From Octopus sinensis (Eukaryota): a stretch of 34,173 bases of DNA. A model generated the notes under the pieces. That model had not been told where the DNA came from, made no database searches, and worked only from the letters and a program-made list of their open reading frames with translations. How positions within the stretch are numbered: the first letter of the stretch is position 1; the number at the start of each line of letters is the position of its first letter. The translations under genes and the position numbers were made by a program. The DNA lies in contig NW_021836058.1 in NCBI RefSeq assembly GCF_006345805.1, positions 1 to 34,173 of the forward strand. The letters run 5' to 3'. Positions 1-11,858 of this stretch are shown here, in pieces.

Positions 1-119
1 ATTATACATACAGGTGTGTGCGTGTATGAAAAAGAATGAACAGAAAAGCTTGTTGAGTGATGAGACAAATATAGTGATAAATCCATAAGTATAGTGACAG
101 GTAGATTAGGGCATCCATA

Positions 120-520
120 AACATGTTTATATATATATATGTGTGTGTGTGTGTGTTGTGTATAATATATATATATATATGCATGCGAATGTGTATGCAT
201 ATATATGTGTGTGTGTGCGAATTTATCCATGCGTATGTGTGTTTGAACACACGCATATATATATATCCGCACACACAATAAACATAATATACACATACAT
301 ATATGTATGTATGTACGTATCTATATATATATGTATGTATGTATGTATATAAATAGATACATAGAGACATGTATATATATTTTGAGAGAGCGAAAGAGAG
401 AGAGAGTGAGAGATTGAGAGAAAATATAGAAAACCAAACCAAACCAAAAAAAAAAAAAAAAAATCACAACCCAAAAGCACCAACAAAATATAAAAATACA
501 TATATATATATATATATAAA
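120..520. repeat. Mixed (TA)n/(TG)n/(GA)n/poly-A simple repeats
   Basis: Dinucleotide runs read directly; they explain the YI/CV-rich ORFs here. Confidence 0.95.
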
Positions 521-924
521 AAAGTGCAGAACCAACAAACAAACAAATATCATCATCTTTGCAGATATGGATGTTGGATCGAACGAAAATTTTATTTCTG
601 TCAAAGAAGTAAATACATTACTATTACTTAGACAAAAGTGGAAGACGAGGGGAATAAGTGCTTTGTAGAGGCTGGAACATCAATTTGGAACATCGGTTCG
701 CAACGTCAGATTGAAACATCAGAAAAGAACCAATCAAAACATGTCTTGCTTTGGCTTTTATCTAGAAATGTGGCGTTTTTTTCTTTCTCTCTCTCTCTCT
801 CTCTCTCCCATCATCTTTTTTTCTTCTCTTTCTCGTTGTCTTTCTATATACCTATCTCTAGATATTTCAATATTTTGTGCGTATATGAATATATACATAT
901 ATGGAATGTATGTGTATTGTGTAT

Positions 925-956
<32 letters not shown>

Positions 957-1034
957 AGATATATATATGGTATGTTTCTATATATATATAGATAGATAGA
1001 TAAATATATATTGTATGTGTGTATATATATACAT

Positions 1035-1271
1035 ATATATGGATGTTTATATATATATATGTGACTGTGTGTGTGTATGTATATATATATATACATAAAT
1101 GTGTACATGTAATTATATATATGTATATATATATATATGGATGTTTTTTTATATATAAGATTGTATATGTGTGTGTGTGTGTATATATGAATATGTACAT
1201 GTAATTATATATATAAATATATACAGATTAATGTATGTATATTATGTTATATGATTGTATGTATATTGTAT

Positions 1272-1326
<55 letters not shown>

Positions 1327-1446
1327 ATGTTTTTTATATATAAGATTGTATATGTGTGTGTGTGTATATATGAATATGTACATGTAATTATATATAAATA
1401 TATACAGATTAATGTATGTATATTATGTGTATATGATTGTATGTAT

Positions 1447-1487
<41 letters not shown>
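1035..1487. repeat. Tandem duplication (~187 bp period) within a TA/TG microsatellite
   Basis: atatggatgttttttatatataagattgtat...tacagattaatgtatgtatattatg occurs at ~1135 and ~1321, with a partial copy at ~1037. Confidence 0.85.
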
Positions 1488-2102
1488 GCTGCTTCGTATG
1501 TGTATTCGTTCTGTATTTGTGTGGTGTGTTTGCGTGTGTATACGTGTATGAAGGTATATGTGTGTGCTTGCTTTGTGACTTCGTCTAAGTATGTACCTTC
1601 ATATATTTAATGTATAGTCCTTTCGGTGCTGACATATGTATGTGAGTGTTTGTGTGTTTATCATGTTCTGCCATCATTATTTTTGATTCACTTTCATGCT
1701 AAAATCGTTGTATGGAGAACTTCCTACAATTTTTAAGCTGTTTACATCGTTATCTATCCTGCATATATATCTATAAAAAATATTGCGCTATGGGAGATAG
1801 CTAAAATGCTCTTAAAGCATGGGCATAGATAACTAATCCATGTGAGTGGATGAATGAATAAATTTATAATTTACCTTTTGGGTTAAGGAACATCATATGT
1901 CGAGTGGCAATTGTTGGCGACTCTCAAGGAACAGGGGAGATAATTTTCAACCCTATATCTCAAAGCAAATTTGCCTGCATTACAAGAATCAGATTTTCAC
2001 CTAAGTATAATCGTTAGAGTGATGAATGAAACGCGTTGTAACATTTAATACGGCACCTTGCGTTTCGAGTTCAAATCTAGCCAAGGTAAACCTTACCCTT
2101 CA

Positions 2103-2686
2103 TATTTCTGTATTGCCCTCAAGGGGCTAAACATAGAGGGGACAAACAAGGACAGACAAAGGGATTAAGTTGATTACATCGACGCCAGTGCGTAATTGGT
2201 TCTTAATTTATCGACCCCGAAAGGATGAAAGGCAAAGTCGACCTCGGCGGAATTTGAACTCAGAACGTAACGGCAGACGAAATACCTATTTCTTTATTAC
2301 CCACAAGTGGCTAAACACAGAGCAGACAAACAAGGACAGACAGACGGATTATATCGATTATATCGACCCCAGTGCGTTACTGGTATTTATTTAATCGACC
2401 CCGAAAGGATGAAAGGCAAAGTCGACCTCGGCAGAATTTGAACTCAGAACGTAGCGGCAGACGAAATACCTATTTCTTTACTACCCTCCTGGGGCTAAAC
2501 ACAGAGGGGACAAACAAGGACAGACAAACGGATTAAGTCGATTATATCGATCCTAGTGCGTAATTGGTTCTTAATTTATCGACCCCGAAAGGATGAAAGG
2601 CAAAGTCGACCTCGGCGGAATTTGAACTCAGAACGTAGCAGCAGATGAAATACCATAAAGCATTTCGCCCGGCGTGCTAACGATCC
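2103..2686 (-). mobile_element. SINE group B: partial tRNA-like head plus three tandem ~184-bp bodies
   Basis: Units start at ~2103, 2287 and 2471. On the minus strand each has the B-box-like GAGTTCAAATT and the core GACTTTGCCTTTCATCCTTTCGGGGTCGAT. Head remnant at 2655-2686. Confidence 0.9.
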
Positions 2687-2858
2687 CGCTACGTTCTGAG
2701 TTCAAATTCCGCCGCGGTCGACTTTGCCTGTCATACTTTCGGCATCGATTAAATAAATACCAGTTACGCACTAGGGTCGATATGATCGAGTTAATCCGTT
2801 TGTCTGTCCTTGTTCGTCCCCTCTGCGTGTAGCCCCTTGTGGGTAGTAAAGAAATAAG
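2687..2858 (+). mobile_element. SINE group B body, inverted and abutting the trimer
   Basis: cgctacgttctgagttcaaattccgccg...gggtagtaaagaaataag is the reverse complement of the adjacent unit. Confidence 0.88.
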
Positions 2859-2925
2859 AAGCTCTCCTTATAAAGAAATTGAGACCAGCCACTAACAACA
2901 GGTAGGAACTAGATGAAGCGGACTT

Positions 2926-2939
2926 GTTGCTATAGCGAC
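2926..2939. promoter_or_regulatory. RFX X-box-like motif
   Basis: GTTGCTATAGCGAC (minus strand GTCGCT-AT-AGCAAC) fits the 14-bp X-box consensus; motif match only. Confidence 0.3.
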
Positions 2940-2944
2940 ACCAG

Positions 2945-3149
2945 TCTGCGTGTGTGAGTGTTCGTATACGACTGAGTGCGTGTGTACGCGAATGTGCGCA
3001 TGCGTTAAAGAGTGTGCGCGTGTATGAATGTGCACGTGTGTGTACGAGTATGTGAGTGTGTGTTTATCTATGTGCAGATGTTTGAATATTGGTTTTGTCT
3101 GCGTGTATGTGTATTTATGGTGTATGTGTGTGTGTGCGAGAAAGAGAGC

Positions 3150-3204
<55 letters not shown>

Positions 3205-3483
3205 GCGAGAGAGAGGTAGAGTACGCGTGCCTACTTGTGTGTCAACGTATATGTGTGGGCGTGAGTGAATGTTTGTGTATGTATGTATGTGTGTGTGTGT
3301 GTGTGTGTGTATAGGTGGACATCCTTGCACGTGCGATTACATGTGATTGTGTATGTGGCTGCATATATGTGTGCTAGTGGTATGTCTGTATCTGTGTATG
3401 TGAATCTATATATATGTGTGTTCCTGCATATGTGTGTGTATCTATATATGCACGGATTTGTGTGTGTGTATATATATATATAT

Positions 3484-3514
<31 letters not shown>

Positions 3515-3637
3515 ATTTACGTGGCTAATTGCATACTATATATTTTTGTATGTTTCTCTATATCTATATATGTCTGTATGAGCCTGTAATAACATCTGTA
3601 TGTGTATACATGTATATGTGCCCCTGTATGTGTGTGT

Positions 3638-3671
<34 letters not shown>

Positions 3672-3885
3672 ATATATATAGATATATATTTATGTAGGTG
3701 TGTATATATGTGTGTACATGTGCTTCATATACGTAAATTTACATCGAGTATCTATACGCATGAGCGATTGAAATGTATGTTTGTATGTATACGTATCACT
3801 GCATATCTAAGTATGCGCACGTATCTTTATGTATGTTTGTATATATATACACATATATATGCGTGTATATATGTGTGTGTGTGCG

Positions 3886-3930
<45 letters not shown>

Positions 3931-3970
3931 GCGCGTGTGTATATATATCTATGCACGTGCTTGTATGCGA
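2945..3970. repeat. Degenerate (TG)n/(GA)n/(CA)n/(TA)n low-complexity tract
   Basis: Direct inspection. Confidence 0.95.
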
Positions 3971-4099
3971 ATGCGTCTTCAAATCAAATGTCTTGACCTT
4001 CAGAAAATGATAACTATTCCACTCTGTTTTATATTTGATATTTAATTTGTTTATATATATATATATAAATTTATATTTATATATAAATTCATATATGTA

Positions 4100-4504
4100 G
4101 GCGTAGGAGTGGCTGTGTGGTAAGTAGCATGCTTACCAATCACATGGTTCCAGGTTCAGTCCCACTGCGTGGCACCTTGGGCAAGTGTCTTCTGCTATAG
4201 CCTCAGGCCGACCAAAGCCTTGTGAGTGGATTTGGTAGACAGAAACTGAAAGAAGCCCATCGTATATATGTATATATATGTGTGTGTGTGCGTGTGCTTG
4301 TGTGTCTGTGTTTGTCACCCCCCCCCCCCCCCCCCAACATCGCTTGACAACCGATGCTGGTGTGTTTTGTGGTTCGGCAAAAGGGACCGATAGAATAAGT
4401 ACTAGGCTTCCAAAGAATAAGTCCTGGGATCGATTTGCTTGACTAAAGGCGGTGCTCCAGCATGGCGACAGTCAAATGACTGAAACGAGTAAAAGAGTAA
4501 AAGA
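4100..4504 (+). mobile_element. SINE group A, full length (tRNA-derived, CORE-like motif, internal TA/TG microsatellite)
   Basis: Head ggcgtaggagtggctgtgtggtaag...ggttcagtccc, motif accttgggcaagt, tail ggcggtgctccagcatggc...tgactgaaac plus (gtaaaaga)n; about 10 homologous copies in the window. Confidence 0.92.
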
Positions 4505-4570
4505 TATACGCGACGGTCTTCTTTCAGTTTCCGTCTACTAAACCCATTCACAAGGCTTTGGTCGGACCTT
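4505..4570 (-). mobile_element. SINE group A fragment, inverted
   Basis: cttctttcagtttccgtctac...cacaaggctttggtcgg is the reverse complement of the group A middle. Confidence 0.8.
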
Positions 4571-5016
4571 GCCTTTTATCCTTTCAGGAAACTGCTGGAA
4601 TAGAAATTTTTTTGTTTTACAGGAGGAGACAACAACAGTGGAACGATGCAGATTAGCAGAAAGGCGTCACTAGATTAACAGCCAATACAGCTTCTGCGGA
4701 GCTAGGTCCACCGGTGACCGACCCTCTTATGTCACACATATCGGTGGGTTGTCGCTTAAGAAAAGTTCGGTAAATAGATACTATCGTAATTCTTTTAAAT
4801 TTTGCCCTCATTGTTTCATAATTTGTATGGCAGCCTCTCATTAGATTACTTTTTAATATAAATCTCAACTAGAGTGATTGCTTGAGGCCTATTTTATTGC
4901 TGATTGCTTGCCGACATCTTGAGGGGATCTTAAAAAACAACATTTAACTCCACACACCGCTCTACGCCAGTATACTTATTTTTATTTATTTATTTTTTTT
5001 TCTGAATTACACTTCT

Positions 5017-5147
5017 GAATTACTGGTACCACTGATTTTCGCCAGCAGGGTGGACTGCGGCAACGTAAAATAAAGTTTCTTGCTCAAGAACACAACGCGT
5101 CACCGGGAATTGAATTCGAGACCATACGATTGTGAGTCGGCTACTCA
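5017..5147 (-). mobile_element. SINE group C fragment (tRNA head plus body Y)
   Basis: Closely similar to 7340-7468. Confidence 0.8.
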
Positions 5148-5689
5148 AAGGGAGTTTCAAACAACCAATATAAAACCCAGGCCCTAATATTTATTTCAAT
5201 ATAGTATTTACGGCAATCGATCTCTATTTTCCTTTTTTACGAACTGGCAAGAAATATACTTCGTCGCCATTTCTCAAATCTACTACTACAACTGCTCTCT
5301 GTCTGTCTGTCTGCCTCTCTTCTGCTGCCATTTATTGACGGAACTCCTCGACGGAAATGGACGCAAGAAAGAGTAAAGGGTGTGAGGCGCAGGGGGGGGG
5401 GCAGGATGAAGGTCGGTTTAATTCACCGAGGTCAACTCTAGTTACCGTAATAGATACAAACCATAGTTACCGAATACATTGGTTAGTCCTACATTGCAAC
5501 ATTTCCAATTTTTTTTTCAACAGTAATTAAAAAAAAAAACAAACAAACAGACAAGCAAAAATATTCAGAAAAAAATCCAAAGAACTTCCAAAAAATCCTT
5601 CGACATTTCTGATGAAGTTCAATTGTTTTGGGAGACGAATTCCCGAACATACTTTACTCGGTTGCTAGTTGCTCTTAGTATCATCTCAA

Positions 5690-5900
5690 ATTCTTCTTCG
5701 TTGCCTCTCTCTCCCTCTCTCTCTCTTCTCTTTCTCTTTTCTTATGCTATAGAAATGAACTGTTTTTACTGTTTTCTTATTTTTTTTATATTGTAGATTA
5801 TTTCCTTCTCGCGTTTTACATATCGTTATTTTATTATTATTATTATTATTATTGTTATTATTATCATTATTATCATTATCATTATTATTATTATTGTTTT
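5690..5900. repeat. (CT)n and (TAT/CAT)n microsatellites
   Basis: Direct inspection; source of the poly-N ORF. Confidence 0.9.
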
Positions 5901-6243
5901 TTTGTAAGACTTGCACGTGCTAGCCAGAGAAATGTGTTACATGGATTTCTCGTAGTTGTTACTCTTCTTCCTTAATATGAAAGACGCCCACTGATAATGC
6001 TTGCTTGGCATCTTAACATTAGCAAACATTGTCCATACAGCTTGGAACTTCCGCTGTCGTTTTTCATTCGGCATTTGTCATTTCCCCCACCATTTTATTT
6101 CTGTATTTTTTGTTGTTGCTCCTATAATCAACGTCTAAATATCACCAATAACACTAAAGCACACAGCCACACACTTACACAAGTACACATATACAAATGA
6201 GTATATGACTGGTTCTGCGTCGGTTACGACGACGAGCGTTCCA

Positions 6244-6415
6244 TGGTGGCTACCCCTGTTCTACTCTTTCGCCACAACTTTCTCTCTTCCTATTTCTTGA
6301 GTAACGCTGCGATGGACTGGCGTCCAGTCCAGCTGGGGGGAACACATACGCCACAGAAACCGGCAAAGCGGGCCCATGAGCCTGGCTAGGCTTGAAAAGG
6401 GCGAGAAAAATAAAA
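6244..6415 (+). mobile_element. 5'-truncated SINE group D (body X plus V-domain-like tail) nested in the group C copy
   Basis: ctctttcgccacaactttc and gcgatggactggcgtcc are shared with the reverse complement of 31190-31500; A-rich 3' end. Confidence 0.75.
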
Positions 6416-6440
6416 TTGATCCGATCAACGGAGCAGCCTA

Positions 6441-7220
6441 CGGATCTTTTCGCTTTGACCGGCAAATATTTAAAATAATTTCTTTGTAACTAAAAAAATT
6501 TTAAAGTTCGTATACTGGTAGAATGTGTTTATAAAACATCTTCTTCTCTTGGCTTTCTTGAGAAAGTTCTGTAGTTCGTAAGATATTTGTTGTTTATTTT
6601 CTTGCATTTCGGCAATTTCAACCAATCAATGACGTCTATTGAGGTGAAAACGATTTCTGCCGTAGTGTATCAACAACATTTTCTGGCGGTGTCATATGAA
6701 AATGTCCATGTTATTTATGACATATTTCATATCAGTTACCTTCGTATGAATAAAAGATTTTTGGTTTTAAACTTTTATTAATAAAAACACATACACACAC
6801 ACACACCTAACCCTAACACAGATTGAAATGCAATAGATCGATACTAGGGTCATAATTATGGGTGGAAACTAAAGAAGGAACGGTTTTGTTATCCAGCTCT
6901 GTTTACGAGTGACCCCTCAGTTTATGGCCACAGGGTATCTTTTTTCTCATACATAACAGGGACATTTTCATATGACACCGCCAGAAATTGTTGTTGACAC
7001 TACGGCAGAAATCGTTTTCGCCTCAATAGACGTCATTGATTGGTTGAAATTGCCGAAATGCAAGAAAATAAACAACACATATCTTACAAACTATAGAATT
7101 TTCTCAACAAAGCCAAGAGAAAAAGATGTTTTATAAACACATTCTACCAGTATACGAAGTTTAAAAGTGTTTAGATACAAAGATATTTTAAAAATCTGCC
7201 GGTCAAAGCGAAAAGATCCG
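6441..7220. mobile_element. Non-autonomous long-TIR (foldback/MITE-like) element, 780 bp
   Basis: Arms 6441-~6714 and ~6953-7220 are reverse complements (CGGATCTTTTCGCTTTGACCGGCA...TGCCGGTCAAAGCGAAAAGATCCG). TA on both sides, no ORF, internal CCTAACCCTAAC. Confidence 0.9.
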
Positions 7221-7491
7221 TAGGCTGCTCGTGAAATTTAACGTGCAAGTGGCTGAGTACTCCACAGACACGTGTATCCTTAATGTAGTTCTCAGGGGGA
7301 TTCAGCGTGACACAGAATGGGACCAGGCTGGCTATTTTGAATTACTGGTACCACTCGTTTTCGCCAGTAGGGTGGACTGCAGCAACGTGAAATAAGGTTT
7401 CTTGCTCAAGAACACAACGCGTCACCGGGAATTGAATTCGAGACCATACGCTCGTGAGCCGACTACTCTAACCACTAAGCCACGCGCTTTG

Positions 7492-8090
7492 ACATACATG
7501 CACATACGTACAAACATGCATGCATACATACATACATTCAATACATTACATACATACATACATACATTACATACATACATTACATACATACATACATTAC
7601 ATACATTACATACATTATACACATACATTACACACACACATACATTATATACATACATACACGATATACATACATTACACACATACATTACACACATACA
7701 TTACACACATACATTACACACATACTTTACACACATACGTTACACACATACATTACACACATACATTACACACATACATTACACACATACTTTACACACA
7801 TACATTACACACATACTTTACACACATACATTACACACATACTTTACACACATACATTACACACATACTTTACACACATACATTACACACACATACTTTA
7901 CCACACATACTTTAACACAATATCACTTACACCACATACATTGCACACATACATTACACACATACATTACACACATACATTACACACATACTTTACACAC
8001 ATACTTTACACACATATTTTACACACATACGTTACATACATACATTACACACATACATTACATACATACATTACATACATACATTATACA

Positions 8091-8122
<32 letters not shown>
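7492..8122. repeat. 13-bp minisatellite (TACATTACACACA)n grading into (TACA)n
   Basis: Repeating tacattacacaca / tactttacacaca units; source of the 250-aa H/T/Y ORF. Confidence 0.92.
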
Positions 8123-8369
8123 CAAACGTAGGTGTGCGTATGGGTATTTATTGATCTTCTTGCAAAGAAAATGTTAACAGTACCTTCCGAGTTTTAAGTT
8201 GTTCGCGTCATCATATGATCAGATAAAGCGGAAAATCTGACAGTGACTTCGAAGTCACTATCAGCCTTTTCCTTGTAAATATTGTTATTTGTACTTTATT
8301 CAAAAGTTTAACGTTAAATTGTTTTTCTAAATAACTTGATATAAAAACAAGCTTACAAATATAATGATA

Positions 8370-9035
8370 CATACGTATGTATTATGTATGTATGTATGTA
8401 TGTGTGTGAGTGTATGTATGTGTGTATGTATGTATGTGTGTATGTATGTATGTGTGTGTGTGTGTATGTTTACGTGTATGTATGTATGTATGTATGTGTG
8501 TGTATGTATGTATGTGTGTGTGTATGTATGTGTGTGTATGTATGTATGTATGCATGTATGCATCTGTGTACATACGGATGTATGTGTGTGAGTACGTACG
8601 TACCTACGTATGTATGTAAGTATGTATGTATGCATATATGTACGTCTGTATGTATGGATCTATGTATATGTGTGTTTGCATCCATATGTGTATGTATACT
8701 TGCATGTATGTGTGTGTATGCATATATGTACGTGTGTATGCAAGCATTTATGTACGTGTGTATGTATGTATGTATGTATGCATCTATGTACATACGGATG
8801 TATGTGTGTGAGTACGTACGTAGGTGCTTATGTGTGTATGTATGCATGCATGTTCGTTTGTAAATATGCTTGTACGTACGTGTGTATGTATGCATCTATG
8901 TACGTGTGTATATATGCATTTACGTACGTGTGCATATATGCATCTATATACGTGTTTACATCTGTATACGTATGTACATATGTATGCATGTATGTATATA
9001 TATATACGTCCGTATGTGTGTAAATATGTATGTAA
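8370..9035. repeat. Degenerate (TATG)n tract with a ~220-bp internal duplication
   Basis: gtacatacggatgtatgtgtgtgagtacgtacgta occurs at ~8568 and ~8788. Confidence 0.9.
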
Positions 9036-9404
9036 ATAGACGCATGGTCTTATTTGGTTCAATCATTGGAATTTAGTTATGTTGGCACATCACCTTTGAG
9101 GGTAAAATCGATTATATCAAATCCACGATTCTTGACTGGTACTTATCGATCTCCAAAGCAAAAAAAAAACAAAAAACAAAAAAAAAAAAACAAAACAAAG
9201 AAGAAACAGAAAAACAAAAGCAAATCGACACAGACAGTATTTGAACTTTGAATATAGAATTCACATAAACAAACCTGTCACGAATAAATAAAATTCATGA
9301 CATGTTGCCTTTCATATTTCTGCTTGAAGAAACAAACGTAGAAACAAAGATTCACCGTGAAATATAAACGAAGCGGCAGACATGCGTAACTATATTTGTA
9401 TTGT

Positions 9405-9692
9405 TAGGTCCCTCATGAACCCTGCGACTAACATGGCCGGAGCCTGACCCCGTTTCCTTGCTGTACAAGTGACTGACATGACAGCACCACCACCCTCGGA
9501 TGGGACGCTAGTGCCCTCGTAAGGTCAACTTCCCAGCTATTCCTGGAACTTATTTTACAGCTGAGTGGACTGCAGCAACGTAAAATGAAGTGTTTTGTGT
9601 AAGAAACACAACGCACCGCCCTGTCCGAGAATTGAAACTACGACCTTATAATCATGAGTAACACACCTTCACCACTTGGCCATGTGTCTTCA
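9405..9692 (-). mobile_element. Old SINE group C copy (tRNA head, body Y, V-domain-like tail)
   Basis: cagctgagtggactgcagcaacgtaaaatgaagtgtttt and ggatgggacgctagt match 33691-33934. Confidence 0.75.
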
Positions 9693-10099
9693 TATACCTA
9701 TATGGCATATCTGACGTTCACTCGTTTTGTTTTCTGTCGTTCACATTTGACTGTAGTGGAGCCCTGTTCAGATTTTAAATTACTCCGAGTACATTAAGAG
9801 AATATTACTTCGTTTAGACGAGTTTAGGATATATTTGAAGATGCCATTTACATCTAATTGTTACATGAATAATATCTCTCACGAATTTCATGGCGAGTTG
9901 AACAGCTTAGCACTCTTTCTTCTGTTCACCACCGACCTACATGCCATCGTCTCCAAAAAACGCTCACTCCTACATAAACGGTATAAACCTATATTTCTCT
10001 CTAATCTTCTGTACACAACCACCATTTGCGTACAATACAGATACCATAAGCCAAACATGCTGTGACTTCATTACCATAGACATCAGAAACATACATATA

Positions 10100-10272
10100 G
10101 GCATAGGAGTGGCTGTGTGGTAAGTAGCTTGCTTACCAACCACATGGTTCCGGGTTCAGTCCCATTGTGTGGCACCTTGGGCAAGTGTCTTCTACTATAG
10201 CTTCGGGCCGACCAAAGCCTTGTGAGTGGATTTGGCAGACGGAAACTGAAAGAAGCCCGTCGTATATATGTG

Positions 10273-10325
<53 letters not shown>

Positions 10326-10530
10326 TGTGTGTGTGTGTGTGTTTGTCCCTTGCAACATCGCTTGACAACCGATGCTGGTGCGTTTACGTCCCCGTAACTT
10401 AGCCGTTCGGCAAAAGAGACCGATAGAATAAGTACTAAGCTTACAAAGAATAAGTCTTGAGGTCGATTTCTTCGACTAAAGTCGGTGCTTCAGCATGGCC
10501 GCAGTCAAATGACTGAAACAAGTAAAAGAA
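10100..10530 (+). mobile_element. SINE group A, full length
   Basis: Colinear with 4100-4504 and 20039-20439. Confidence 0.93.
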
Positions 10531-10910
10531 TATATAACAAATACACAACGTGTGCGCCTGCGCCGCGTGTGTGCGACATGTATCACATAAAAGTGTACAC
10601 ACAAACACACACATTTAGATATTTATAAACACAATTTTGCATATGCGGAAATAATGATACTATATTCTTTCTCTCCACACACACACACATTCTGCAATGT
10701 AACACCCCACCCATGCATTCATTGGTGGCGGTGTACACCAGAGCGTACACCGATGCACAGGTCCTACAACGATACACTTCAGATTTTTATTGGCAGATCT
10801 TCGTGCAAATACATAAAACATACATTGATTTTTTCCCCTGTATATTTGTACGTTCTTACGTGGGAGTGTACCATTGTAAAAGTGTTGGATCATGTGTACG
10901 TGGGCGGTAC

Positions 10911-10942
<32 letters not shown>

Positions 10943-11417
10943 TTGTGTGCGTGTACAGGCGAGCGCGCCAAAACTTACTTTCAAAAGTGAAAGTGAAAGT
11001 TGGATTTGTGTGCCTGATAGCTGTAAAATATTTATCAATACAGCAATTATATTCTGAAGACATAAACAAGATATGTCGAATGGAGGGTGGGTGGGGGGAA
11101 GAAGAAGGCTAAAAAAAAACAAACAAAGAAAAACTGTATACGTTTCTACACACAGATATACATACATATACACATATAAATCTCTCTCCTACACACACAT
11201 AATATATATATATATATATATATAACCAGTCCAGTCTAGTATTCCTCTTCCTTCCTGCGCCGCTAAGCCTTCAGTTTTCGTCAATCTACCCTTGTCTCGC
11301 TATGCCACGTGTTCTTTCTTTCCTCGTTACTTTGTTTCTGCCTGGAAAGTTTACGATTTTCGGAGATATTTATGACCAAAGGAAAAGGAGATAAAATAAG
11401 AAAGAATAGAATACAGA

Positions 11418-11423
11418 GAAGAA

Positions 11424-11464
<41 letters not shown>

Positions 11465-11827
11465 GGATGCTGAGGAGAAGGAGGCCAGAGAAAACGATAT
11501 GATGATGTGGAAGAAGAATGCGATGATGAGGATGATGTTGATGATGATGAGGAAGAATTAGAAGATTTTAATGCTGAGGAGAAAGGTAAAGAAAAGGATG
11601 ATACCAAAGAAGGAAGGCTAATGATGAAGAAGAGAAGCTGAAGAAAAAAGACGATGAGGAGGGAAGAAGAGAGAATTCTGAAGAGGATAGTGATGATGAT
11701 GCTGAAGAAGATGCTGAAGATGAGGGCGATGAAGATTTAGAAGTAGATGAAGGTGATGATGATGCTTAAGAGGGTGAAGATTATAATGCTAACGAAGAAA
11801 TAATGATGATGACGGTGGTGATGATGG

Positions 11828-11858
<31 letters not shown>

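Larger units (their letters stand above)
6209..7488 (-). mobile_element. SINE group C host copy, split by two nested insertions
   Basis: tRNA-like head at 7430-7488 (minus strand gcgtggcttagtggttagagt...gaattcaattccc), body at 7223-7430, 3' pieces at 6416-6438 and 6209-6243. Confidence 0.75.

Noticed and set aside
2103-2654. CRISPR-like regularly repeated sequence
   Set aside because: The units are whole 184-bp repeats with no unique spacers or cas genes, in a eukaryotic context
6806-6816. Telomeric repeat / chromosome fusion scar
   Set aside because: Only about two CCCTAA-type units, inside a TIR element
7402-8154. 250-aa H/T/Y-rich ORF
   Set aside because: It starts inside a SINE and runs through a 13-bp minisatellite; overlapping frames are equally open
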